Positions 54,804-64,000 of a stretch of DNA of 64,000 bases are shown here, in pieces. The notes under the pieces are model-generated. The model was not told the DNA's origin. It made no database searches and was given only the letters and a program-made list of their open reading frames with translations. Position numbers and translations under genes: made by a program. The stretch's first letter is position 1. Each line of letters starts with the position of its first letter. The stretch is from Eledone cirrhosa (Eukaryota). The DNA is taken from contig OZ024749.1 in the NCBI GenBank assembly GCA_964016885.1, forward strand, positions 28,148,001 through 28,212,000, in the 5' to 3' direction.

Positions 54804-57706
54804 CACATCACACACACATATCACATCACACACACATATCACATCACACACACACACGCACACATTTCCCTTTAAAAGTATTCTCTCCCTTCGTTACAAT
54901 TAATTAAAATATTTAAATATCTTTAAAAAATTACAGAAATAATTGCTTGAAACTCGAATGAAATAAAATAAAATATAAAACAAAACAAAAAACAAAACAA
55001 AACAAAATAAAATAAAATAATTGCTAAATTGCAATATATTTCTAAAAATTGAAATTATATATGATTATTTTTCAAATAATTAATTTTTACACGAGTGATC
55101 AATAACTAATGTGTAATTAATTATTATTTTAGGCAACTGATAATGACAAGGAATCGCCAAATAATCAATTCTTTTATGAAATTCCAGCAGAATTCAGGTT
55201 GGTACCATCAATATTATTTTGTTCTTAAAAACAAAAAAATTGTGTATTTTGATGGGAAATTTGAAGTTTTTAGTTATAAATGTTTTAATATTTCTTGTAG
55301 AATAATTAGATGACTGTGGGAGGGTGTGTTGAGTGTTTGTTGGAGATGGTGTTAGTGTTAGACTAAATAACTTAGTCTATTTAATCTATATCCTTTCTGT
55401 AATCTGGTTTGAAATCTTCAGTGGTTGATGGAGATGATGTTTGTGTTAGACTAAAATATCTTAGTCTGTTGTAGATTGTTGGTGCTAGACTAAAATATCT
55501 TAGTCTGTTGTAGATTGTTGGTGCTAGACTAAAAATCTTAGTCTGTTGTAGATTGTTGGTGCTAGACTAAAATATCTTAGTCCATTTAATTTATAGCAGA
55601 AGTTCTCAAAGTTTTTGGCAGTGCATTGGGGGCGCTATGAATTTATTATACCACTGTGGGGTTTGGAGGCCGTGCGAAAACAGGCAAGGCGGTGCTGGTC
55701 GAGCTGGCGCATGAGCCTGTCTGAGGCCAGGCTGCACTGGATGGCATCCCATATGCTTTGGGGGGACTTGATGTCAGCAGGGGGAGAAGGAGGAGGGACA
55801 TCTACTGGGCTGAGTCCCAGCCTGTCCCACATTTTACAGGTGACCTAACGTTCCCTGAACACAGAGGGTTCTATTGTGTTTTAGAAAACCCTGCTGATGA
55901 GGATGCGGTATGAGGTTACCGATGAAAGAAAAGTCAGCAACATCGTGGACTGGAGGCCAAGGCCGCCATATCTGACAGGTAAAGTGGCCTGTTGCCATCC
56001 AATGTCGTCAAAACTGACATTGCATATCCCCTCAGCTGCCGCTCAGATACAAGTATCGAGGTCAGCGAGGAGAGATGTGTGGCTGTAACATGGAGCGAAA
56101 GGTGTAGAGAAGCTTCGGCATGGCGAAGCAGTTCCTCAACAGCAAGAGCGCTGGGTGGCCGTCGATCAAGCCCAGTCGGCTCGTGAGTGTCTGGAGTTGT
56201 TGGAGCCTAGACCTGATGGTGGAGTGGATGGCCGGTGGGTGGATTGGTGACCCGAGGATGAGGGCATCCTCTTTGGGGGGTCACCTGTACCTGGTGGAGA
56301 ATGGACCGTACATCCAAGATGGAGGCTGCAAAGCTCTCAGCCTCATGGCTGACATTCACCACCTCCGACTTGGACGAGTTGACCTGGAGGCTGATTCCTG
56401 CCAGGGCAGGAACTACCGATTGAATGTCAAAAGATGTAGCTACAGTATAGCAACCCCCACCCCCACCCCACAACCACCACCAAAAACTGGAAAACTTTCA
56501 ATTAAACATGAAAATATTTAAAATAATGGTTTCTGAATTAGACACAAGGTCAACAATTTAGGGGCATTTAATTGACTTTCTCCTCCCCTAAAATTGTTGG
56601 CCTCATATCTAAAATCAGGAACTGTTATTACTTATGATATTGTTAATGATATTTTAATAATATTATGTATTTTAAGAAAGAGAAATATTAGCTTAACAAT
56701 AACAGTAAACATTTTACAAAAAACAATAATATACCTTGTGGGTTTTTCTCCTGTATTCATCTTAAAGGTAAAATATTCCATTGTTGTCACACCATGTTTG
56801 TATTTGTATTCCAGTATTATGTAATTAAGTTAGGTATAAATAAACAGCAAATAAGTTGGTGATGGAGATGGGAGGGGAAAAACTAGCGCAACCAGTTAAA
56901 AAGATGGCAAAATTATGACAAACAACAGTATAACCCTCGTATATGACTGGTATTTTGTGAATTTGATGACATAAGACTTATATTTGTTAAAATAAAAAAA
57001 ATGACTAAAATAATATAATCCAGGTTTTATATGCAAGGTTGAGCTCTTTGGTAAACTAACTCTTAAATTATTATTTTTCTTATGAAAGACACTGTCAATA
57101 ATTTTGGAAATAATCAAGAATTTGGATGGATTTATGGATATAACTAACTTTCTTATTATTAATTTGGTGTTTGGAACAACTTAACAAACTTGTTCACAAT
57201 TTTTTCAGAATGAAAATATGAACACAAATATAAACACTGTATTTTTGAAATTCATAATTAATTCTATGTGTTATATGTGTTAATATTTTTATTATGAAAG
57301 AATTGTGAACAGTTTGTGATAAAATGTTTACAAACTGAAAACAAAAATTATTCTTAGATAAAATTAAGATAGAAAGATTTTAGATAAATATAAACAACTT
57401 AAAACAAACTGTTTTGTTTTTTTAACCAGATGTTGTTTTACTTGGTTTGATATCAAAATGTTTTTTAATCTATTGTTTTTGTGTGTGTGTTGGTTTGTTT
57501 GTTTATAGTATTGGCAGCCATCTTGTGATTGAAAATAAAACAGGAGAGTTGATTGTGATGAGAACTATTCAGTTGGAAAAGGAGGAAATTAGAAATGGTG
57601 TAGAATTTCTGGTCAGAGTTGTGGACAAAGGACATCCAGCTTTGTCATCTTTGGTGACAGTCAAGGTAACAAGAGAGCTTTCAAAAAATTTATATCACAC
57701 ATACAC

Positions 57707-57740
<34 letters not shown>

Positions 57741-58573
57741 ATATATCTATATATATATCTATATATATCTATATATATATCTATAGCTAAATTATTATAT
57801 ATATATATATCTGGCTAAATTATTGTCAATTTGCAATGAAAACACATTAGTGTTGATCATAATTTTTTATATTAACTAGAATAGATATATATATATGTAG
57901 ATCATCATCATCATCATCGTTTAACGTCCGTGTTCCACGCTTGCATGGGTTTGGACGGGGGTATTCCCACTTGAGGCAAGAGTGATTGTCTTGCTCGCAT
58001 AGGACTGTCTGGCAGGTTTTCTACAGTTGGATGCCCTTCCTAACACCAACCACGTTTACAGTGTGGGGCTGGGAGGTTTTTACCGTGTTGCCTACACGGC
58101 CACATTACAGCGTGGACTGTGTTTTTTGTCGTGACACCTACACGATCTCATTTGTTTCGGCCTGGATGGTGTGGCACCAACATAACTTTACATAGGAGGG
58201 GGTGGTGTGGATGGGGTGGGGGTGGTGGGACGGGGGTGTATTTTGTTAGAGATGCCTACTGGCTGTAGTAGGTTTTACTATGTATTTAGGTAAGGCGGGT
58301 CTTCTCTATTACTGAGTACCGCCAAAGTGACATTGTCTTGGAGAGGTGTAAGTGTGTGAGGTCGGAGTTTATCAGCTCGTCCCAGGATTTTCTAGGTCTG
58401 CCTATTCCGTGGCTACCATCTATCTTTATTGCCCTGCACTTTGTTATACAGCTATCGACTTTCATGCGCATCACGTGTCCGTACCAACGTAGCCTTCTCT
58501 CGAGTAAACAACATCTGATCCCTCTTATTTCTAATTTTTTCCTTAGTTCGTTTATGCTTTGCCGTTCACGTAT

Positions 58574-58605
<32 letters not shown>

Positions 58606-61600
58606 CTAGTTATGTAAAAAACAACATAAGGCAATTATTTCATTTACCAGTGGTTTCTTAAAAGCAAAAAAATTTTGCTTTCAATCATCAGAATGAAAAA
58701 AATCCTGGTGTATTTATTGGCGTTGGATTTTAAAAACAAAAATATAATCGATATGAAAGTGAGGCTGGAAAAGGAAGAAGGAAAGGAAAAATAAAATCAC
58801 ACACACACACACAAATATATACATACACATATATATATATATACATACACACATTAAGCTCTGTTACCTACATAGAGCACTCTTTTTTCCTGGACTTTTC
58901 CAACGGAATTACTTCATTTATATATATCTCTCTCTCTCTATATATATATATATATCTATATATCTATATATATATTGCTATATTTGGGGATGCCATTATT
59001 GCCAATAAAAAGAAACACATGCACAATATGATTTTCACTTTATCTTTATTACTAGTTATTCATTACCTCAAGTTCTTTTGTCACACATTCTGTGACCTCC
59101 TCAATGACTATCTGCTTTCTTTTGTACTTCCTCTTCTTTCTTGTCTTAATCAGCTACTCCATATATACACATACGTATATGTGTATGTATATATCAGTCT
59201 AATCATTTATATATCAGTCTAATTTCTCCCTCTTCCAGCTTGTATTAGAAGACAAAGGTGACAATGCCAGCTACTTTGTGAATACAATTCTCTTACAGAA
59301 ACAAGTGACGGACAACAAAATATCTTTGGAACAGTGAGTGGATTGTTTTATTCATTATCATCATCATTGTTGTTATTGTCATCATCATCATCTTCATCAT
59401 CAATGTTGGTGGGGGTGGCAGCAACATCAGTGATGGTGACAACAGTGGCGATGTTATCATTATCATCATCATAATAACCATCATCATTAATATTGGTGGT
59501 AGCAACAGCAGTGGTGATCACTGTCTGTAGTGATGACAGCAAAAGCGATGATGTCATCATCATCATCATTATTGCCAACTTCATGTCTACATTTTTATGT
59601 TTACATGGGTTAGCTGAGTCTTTTCTAGAACGGAGTCCGTTCATTTATTTTCTTACCTTTGTCATCTCTTTTACAAGGTCCAGCATTGTAAGGGCATCTT
59701 TCACCCCTCTCTTCTGACTTCCTCTGTTGATAATGGTAGTCCTAATGATATTATTCTAAAGCAATACCTATCTATTAAAGAACTCTGCTGCTTTCAATGC
59801 TCCTGTTCAGGTGTGAAACGAGAAGTGTTAAGATTAGTCAAGAGAACTAATTAGATGCTTTTGACACCAAATACCAACACAAATTCCTTGGCATCAGTTG
59901 GGATGTCTTCATCACCGACAAAAAAGTCTGTCAACAAATGATTGGTTGAAACACATCATATGACTCCTAAAAGAGAGACATGCTAATCAGGTCCTGTATT
60001 GGTAGCACCCATGAAAAGAAGTGAAGAGGATATGCCAAGATAAGCTGGCAGTGACTAACAATCTACAAAGACCTGAAACCCATCAACAAAAGTTGAACAC
60101 TGTATTGATTGATAGATGTAACTGACTGTGGTCATTGGAGCACTTTGGCTGCCTCATGTGTCTGAGAAATGGAATGTACTAATAGATGCAACTGACCGTG
60201 GTCATTGGAGCACTGTGGCTGTCTCATGTGTCTGAGAAATGGAATGTATTAATAGATGCAACTGACCGTGGTCATTGGAGCACTGTGGCTGTCTCATGTG
60301 TCTGAGAAATGGAATGTACTAATAGATGCAACTGACCGTGGTCATTGGAGCACTGTGGCTGTCTCATGTGTCTGAGAAATGGAATGTATTAATAGATGCA
60401 ACTGACCGTGGTCATTGGAGCACTGTGGCTGCCTCATGTGTCTGAGAAATGGAATGTACTAATAGATGCAACTGACCATGGTCATTGGAGCACTGTGGCT
60501 GCCTCATGTGTCTGAGAAATGGAATGTACTAATAGATGCAACTGACCATGGTCATTGGAGCACTGTGGCTGCCTCATGTGTCTGAGAAATGGAATGTACT
60601 AATAGATGCAACTGACCATGGTCATTGGAGCACTGTGGCTGCCTCATGTGTCTGAGAAATGGAATGTACTAATAGATGCAACTGACCATGGTCATTGGAG
60701 CACTGTGGCTGCCTCATGTGTCTGAGAAATGGAATGTACTAATAGATGCAACTGACCGTGGTCATTGGAGCACTGTGGCTGCCTCATGTGTCTGAGAAAT
60801 GGAATGTACTAATAGATGCAACTGACCATGGTCATTGGAGCACTGTGGCTGCCTCATATATCTCAGAAATGGGATGTATTAATAGATGCAACTGACCGTG
60901 GTCATTGGAGCACTGTGGCTGCCTCATGTGTCTGAGAAATGGGATGTATTAATAGATGCAACTGACCGTGGTCATTGGAGCACTGTGGCTGCCTCATATA
61001 TCTCAGAAATGGGATGTATTAATAGATGCAACTGACCGTGGTCATTGGAGCACTGTGGCTGCCTCATATATCTCAGAAATGGGATGTATTAATAGATGCA
61101 ACTGACCGTGGTCATTGGAGCACTGTGGCTGCCTCATGTGTCTGAGAAATGGAATGTATTGATAGATGCAACTGACCGTGGTCATTGGAGCACTGTGGCT
61201 GCCTCATGTGTCTGAGAAATGGAATGTACTAATAGATGCAACTGACCGTGGTCATTGGAGCACTGTGGCTGTCTCATGTGTCTGAGAAATGGAATGTATT
61301 GATAGATGCAACTGACCGTGGTCATTGGAGCACTGTGGCTGTCTCATGTGTCTGAGAAATGGAATGTATTGATAGATGCAACTGACCATGGTCATTGGAG
61401 CACTGTGGCTGCCTCATGTGTCTGAGAAATGGAATGTACTAATAGATGCAACTGACCGTGGTCATTGGAGCACTGTGGCTGTCTCATGTGTCTGAGAAAT
61501 GGAATGTATTGATAGATGCAACTGACCGTGGTCATTGGAGCACTGTGGCTGCCTCATGCATCTCAGAAATGGGAGCTTCTATGCTAAGCTAAACTGTTGG

Positions 61601-62337
61601 TAATGGCTGTCCTAATTAGTGATATATCAAAACAATATCTATTTATTTCATGTCACCACTGTTGACAGTTACAGTCCTAGTTAATGATATTATACTAAAA
61701 CAATATGTTATTACATAACACCACCATTGATAGTGGCGATACTAGTTACTGATATTATACCAAAACAATATCTGTTTATTAAAGAACTTTAACTAATACA
61801 ACTGATCTTTCAAATGATGTTCAATGAGGTGATTGATTTTTAAAATTCTTATTTTCAGATCTTTATCTGATGTGATTGGTGTTGATGTTACTATTGATAA
61901 TATCATTGATGGTCCTACAGACAACCAGGGACAAAACCTTTTCTTTGGAGGGTAAGTTTGACATTCATAATCTCCCAATCAGTGTTTAATGTTTACTGTC
62001 ATCATCATTTCATTTTACGTCCGCTTTTTCCCTGCTTGCTAGGGTGGGACGGGAACTGATTTTGGCTTGATTTCTACAGCTGGATGCCCTTCCTAACATC
62101 AACCTTATTTACAGTGAGTGCTGGGTGCTTTTTTGCCGTGGCACCTACACGACCACTTTACAGTGGAATGATAGGAACCCCAGTCCCTATCATCTCATTT
62201 CTACAGCTGAGTAAACTGGAGCAATGTGAAATAAAGTGTCTTGCTCAAGGAAACAACACATCACCCGGTCTGAGAATTGAACTCACAACCTTTCGATTGC
62301 AAGGCCAATGCTGCTCTAGCCACTAAGCCATGTGCCT

Positions 62338-62403
<66 letters not shown>

Positions 62404-63590
62404 TCTTTTCACAATCTGTTGGTTCTGGGTTCAATCTCATATGTCATCTATTATCTGTTATCTCATATATCATCAGATATGTCATCTCTCTTCTATTATC
62501 TGTTGTTCTACAGATCAACAGTCCAAATCTCAGCCAGTTATCCAAATGGAACTAAACTGACCAGACAACAACTAAAGACGTAAGTATGAACATATAACAA
62601 ACAATATAATATTGCTGAGGAAAGCCTTAAATTGTCCATGAAATGATTTATTTACCCTTTCAAACACCCCTGAATCTATGTTACAAAACTATGTTTTAAA
62701 GTGTTTTAAGAGCCTACATGGGGAAGAACAATCAAAGCCAGAACAAGAATTAGAAGGCAACAATAGATGCCATATCATTTACTAACAAACATACCATCTC
62801 ATTAACACTTTTGATACTAAACCGTCTGCCTGAAACCACTGTTGGTTCTATGATACAAGACTATATGTGTTAAAGTGTTTGTATTTATCTAAAAACCTTT
62901 CATCATAATTTTCTGTAAGAATCTTTAAGTTATGTTCCAAGCCACCTGATACCACCACTGATTTTATGATATAAAACTGTTTGTTTTAAAGTATTTATAT
63001 TTATCTAAAAGCATTCCATCATAATTTTATATAAGAAACTTTGTTATGTTCCAAAGCCCCTGAAATTGCCCGCAGTCTATGATACGAAGCTATTTGTTTT
63101 AAAGTATTAATATTTATCTAAAAACCTTCCATCATAATTTTAGGTAAGAACCTTTGCTATGCTATACCCCAAACACTAGAAATATAACAAGAAAGATATT
63201 TATATTACAAAATCTCTACAAATTTTTTTATTATTTTCAAAATCACTTGAAAATGATAAACAGTGTCTTTTTTTTTTTTTTTTTTTTTTTTAAGAAATCA
63301 TCATCATGGTAATGAAATGGTTAAGGAATTAACATTCTATCATGAATGAATTTCTTTAATAACCAACATTATTTGAATAATTCTATTTATTTCCTTTTGT
63401 CTTTTCCTCACCACAGTTTGGTTCTGAAAAATAAATCTGTTCTACAGAAGATTTTTAAAGAAAAAAGTTCTGATAAAGATCTGAAGTCTTGGAACTTCCC
63501 CCCTCCAGAGTTATCTATCCTTATCCTGGCATGTCTCTTATTTATCTGCTGTCTTGTCTCTATCTCTATAATCTGCTTGAAACATAAAAT
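29440..63590 (+). CDS. Cadherin-related (CDHR/PCDH15/Cad99C-like architecture) single-pass membrane protein, 24 coding exons in window, 3' end outside window
   Basis: Exons 29440-29518, 32507-32554, 33265-33371, 34082-34129, 37508-37606, 39408-39518, 40714-40830, 42580-42687, 43640-43742, 44292-44404, 45286-45462, 46203-46337, 46647-46796, 48867-49069, 49974-50112, 51204-51271, 51626-51707, 53694-53825, 55133-55197, 57509-57665, 59239-59333, 61859-61951, 62514-62579, 63417-63590 all have AG/GT boundaries with matching phases and join without stops (2669 nt). Motifs LDYD, DEDTKPP, AYDGD, LDRE x2, DINDNLP, ATDAD, DDNDNWP, LDYE, DINDHIP; signal peptide and TM helix. Confidence 0.9.
30211..30330 (-). 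pseudogene. Possible PLE GIY-YIG C-terminal remnant
   Basis: [14 protein letters not shown]...[12 protein letters not shown] near hammerhead 30635. Confidence 0.35.
30635..30704 (+). ncRNA. Type I minimal hammerhead ribozyme
   Basis: tattaatggt-CTGACGA-agcttcagtatta-tgttc-taatattgaagtt-GAAA-T-gcgt-G-TA-aacattaata. Confidence 0.8.
31719..31773 (-). ncRNA. Hammerhead ribozyme, mirror copy
   Basis: Reverse complement of 32324-32378. Confidence 0.86.
32324..32378 (+). ncRNA. Type I minimal hammerhead ribozyme
   Basis: actgc-CTGAAGA-ggtcacagcca-aaga-tggctgtcact-GAAA-T-atat-A-TA-gcagt. Confidence 0.88.
32507..32554 (+). CDS. Cadherin exon 2
   Basis: tttcag/(N)[15 protein letters not shown]/gtatgt, phase 1-1. 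Confidence 0.72.
33265..33371 (+). CDS. Cadherin exon 3
   Basis: ttccag/(D)[35 protein letters not shown]/gtaaat; alternative in-frame donor after 33383. Confidence 0.72.
34082..34129 (+). CDS. Cadherin exon 4
   Basis: ttgcag/[16 protein letters not shown]/gtaagt. Confidence 0.75.
34342..36940. repeat. 48-bp minisatellite, ~54 copies
   Basis: tttacagtgtgggctgggtgctttttaccatgtcttttacatgac(t/c)ac, inside an RTE-type tail beginning ~34178. Confidence 0.97.
37508..37606 (+). CDS. Cadherin exon 5
   Basis: ccacag/[33 protein letters not shown]/gtaaat. Confidence 0.82.
39408..39518 (+). CDS. Cadherin exon 6
   Basis: ttttag/[13 protein letters not shown]...VYTIE/gtgagt. Confidence 0.82.
40063..40439. 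repeat. Unclassified ~380-bp dispersed repeat
   Basis: Near-identical copy at ~53920-54290; both in TA/TATG tracts. Confidence 0.8.
40714..40830 (+). CDS. Cadherin exon 7
   Basis: taacag/[39 protein letters not shown]/gtaaga. Confidence 0.88.
40908..41934 (+). mobile_element. Cluster of RTE 3' fragments
   Basis: Tails 40908-41057 (+), ~41062-41240 (-), 41258-41934 (+, internal duplication). Confidence 0.85.
42580..42687 (+). CDS. Cadherin exon 8
   Basis: tcatag/[36 protein letters not shown]/gttggt. Confidence 0.88.
43250..43555 (+). mobile_element. Degraded LINE RT fragment
   Basis: GEDEI...[19 protein letters not shown]...WQSGVII remnants. Confidence 0.6.
43640..43742 (+). CDS. Cadherin exon 9
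   Basis: ttgcag/[34 protein letters not shown]/gtttgt. Confidence 0.88.
44292..44404 (+). CDS. Cadherin exon 10
   Basis: ttacag/(G)[37 protein letters not shown]/gtatct. Confidence 0.9.
45286..45462 (+). CDS. Cadherin exon 11
   Basis: tggcag/AYQIDAPH...[11 protein letters not shown]...HATDADK/gtaata. Confidence 0.92.
46203..46337 (+). CDS. Cadherin exon 12
   Basis: tttcag/[45 protein letters not shown]/gtaagt. Confidence 0.92.
46344..46630. repeat. 24-bp minisatellite filling cadherin intron 12
   Basis: taatattactcagttattgcatgt, ~12 copies. Confidence 0.92.
46647..46796 (+). CDS. Cadherin exon 13
   Basis: tttcag/VSAVERSG...[11 protein letters not shown]...FIGT/gtaagg. Confidence 0.92.
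47729..48680. repeat. 68-bp minisatellite, 14 copies
   Basis: agtatgtcaaggacaagacaacctcccttgtgttgataccacgataaaatgtacccaatactctctat. Confidence 0.96.
48867..49069 (+). CDS. Cadherin exon 14
   Basis: tcaaag/[18 protein letters not shown]...[10 protein letters not shown]/gttagt. Confidence 0.9.
49231..49294 (+). ncRNA. Type I minimal hammerhead ribozyme (same family as 201-264)
   Basis: attttgt-CTGAAGA-stem II-GAAA-T-atat-A-TA-atgaaat; preceded (49137-49206) by an inverted copy of sequence that follows the 201-264 copy. Confidence 0.78.
49974..50112 (+). CDS. Cadherin exon 15
   Basis: atgtag/(R)[10 protein letters not shown]...[19 protein letters not shown]/gtaacc. Confidence 0.85.
50866..51055 (+). 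mobile_element. SINE (second family)
   Basis: ttggcagtatcggtaga...gagttcaaatcc...gcctttcatccttacggggtcgataaa; copies ~27403-27582, 20680-20800, 39075-39225, 50715-50840. Confidence 0.72.
51204..51271 (+). CDS. Cadherin exon 16
   Basis: ttttag/[22 protein letters not shown]/gtaaga, phase 0-2 bridges neighbours. Confidence 0.78.
51626..51707 (+). CDS. Cadherin exon 17
   Basis: tttcag/(F)[27 protein letters not shown]/gtaagt. Confidence 0.9.
51934..52730 (-). mobile_element. 5'-truncated RTE LINE
   Basis: RWMCN...WYGHVMRM...GRPRKTW ORF remnant plus 3'UTR. Confidence 0.88.
53174..53400 (-). mobile_element. RTE 3' tail fragment
   Basis: (CAT)n + gtttaacgtcc...ggatgcccttcctaacacc. Confidence 0.82.
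53694..53825 (+). CDS. Cadherin exon 18
   Basis: ttgtag/[30 protein letters not shown]...GYIT/gtaagt. Confidence 0.92.
55133..55197 (+). CDS. Cadherin exon 19
   Basis: ttttag/[21 protein letters not shown]/gttggt. Confidence 0.88.
55640..56420 (-). mobile_element. Degraded CRE-like non-LTR retrotransposon fragment
   Basis: Remnant motifs [30 protein letters not shown]; GC-rich island. Confidence 0.6.
57509..57665 (+). CDS. Cadherin exon 20
   Basis: ttatag/(S)[16 protein letters not shown]...[18 protein letters not shown]/gtaaca. Confidence 0.92.
57900..58575 (-). mobile_element. 5'-truncated RTE LINE (subfamily B)
   Basis: Near identical to 21877-22680. Confidence 0.88.
58638..58698 (-). 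ncRNA. Type I hammerhead ribozyme
   Basis: Minus strand tttcatt-CTGATGA-ttgaaagcaaaa-ttt-ttttgcttttaa-GAAA-CC-act-GG-TA-aatgaaa; all three stems pair. Confidence 0.88.
59239..59333 (+). CDS. Cadherin exon 21 (membrane-adjacent domain)
   Basis: ttccag/[31 protein letters not shown]/gtgagt. Confidence 0.82.
60111..61575. repeat. 70-bp minisatellite, ~21 copies
   Basis: aatagatgcaactgaccgtggtcattggagcactgtggctgcctcatgtgtctgagaaatggaatgtact. Confidence 0.96.
61859..61951 (+). CDS. Cadherin exon 22 (membrane-adjacent domain)
   Basis: tttcag/(Q)[30 protein letters not shown]/gtaagt. Confidence 0.82.
62001..62340 (-). mobile_element. SINE with RTE-derived 3' tail
   Basis: tRNA-like head near 62340 joined to the tail shared with RTE subfamily A; partial + copy 52806-53037. 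Confidence 0.7.
62514..62579 (+). CDS. Cadherin exon 23
   Basis: ctacag/(G)[21 protein letters not shown]/gtaagt. Confidence 0.8.
62650..63180. repeat. Dispersed element built of ~120-bp diverged units
   Basis: cctgaaaccac...ctatgatacaaaact...ccttccatcataatttt units; also 42740-43140 (+) and 49480-49890 (-). Confidence 0.75.
63417..63590 (+). CDS. Cadherin exon 24 (transmembrane helix)
   Basis: ccacag/...[29 protein letters not shown]/gtaagt. Confidence 0.88.
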
Positions 63591-63794
63591 GTAAGTTGAC
63601 CCCTTTCTCTCTCTCATATACACACACATGTATATATAGAAATATATCAATGTTGTATTTTCCTGATAGCAGCATAAGTCGATATACCTGAATTAGTCCA
63701 ATCAAGACTCAATGATACTACATATAATAAATATGACTTGGCTATATGTATGGAGTCATTTTATAAGTAAATGTTTGTTGTTATTTTAATACCT

Positions 63795-64000
63795 ACTAGC
63801 AGAATGGCCTGGCGATGCTCGGGATTTTAAACATAGATTGGCATGTTCATCCCTCCTTTCTGAAACAGTACAGAGAAGTACAGAATACCTCGGCCCTGCG
63901 ACCGTCGAATAGCAGATTCCACTGACGATTCGTTTGCCCGCCTTGTTCTTTTTCTTGCCGCTTTCGCAGTATTTCGGCCAATGGAGTATCTCTTCCTTCG
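63795..64000 (-). mobile_element. Helitron-like non-autonomous element 3' end
   Basis: Minus strand ends GC-rich imperfect hairpin then CTAGT. Confidence 0.45.

Noticed and set aside
29440-63590. Member of the expanded cephalopod protocadherin family
   Set aside because: Those typically encode the ectodomain in one or few large exons; this gene splits it over 20+ small exons.

Overview
AT-rich, microsatellite-dense animal DNA, probably a cephalopod such as Octopus (inferred from the repeat content, not proven). One host gene was reconstructed by hand: an intron-rich cadherin-related membrane protein on the + strand. It has 24 phase-consistent coding exons from ATG 29440 to 63590 (~890 aa: signal peptide, ~7 partly degenerate EC repeats, membrane-adjacent domain, TM helix) and continues beyond the window. 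The rest is mobile DNA: a near-complete Naiad-type Penelope-like element (PLE) with ~1-kb inverted pLTRs, one full-length RTE LINE with an intact 1039-aa ORF containing a PHD finger, degraded RTE copies, Dong/R4, CRE-like and CR1 fragments, SINEs, MITEs and minisatellites grown from retroelement tails. The main signal absent from the ORF track is a dense set of type I hammerhead ribozyme motifs: 9 well-formed copies of ~6 unrelated sequence types, plus degenerate and half copies. Most lie in short non-coding fold-back inserts in (TA)n tracts, and three are sense-oriented in cadherin introns. All folds were paired by eye; no computation or database search was run.
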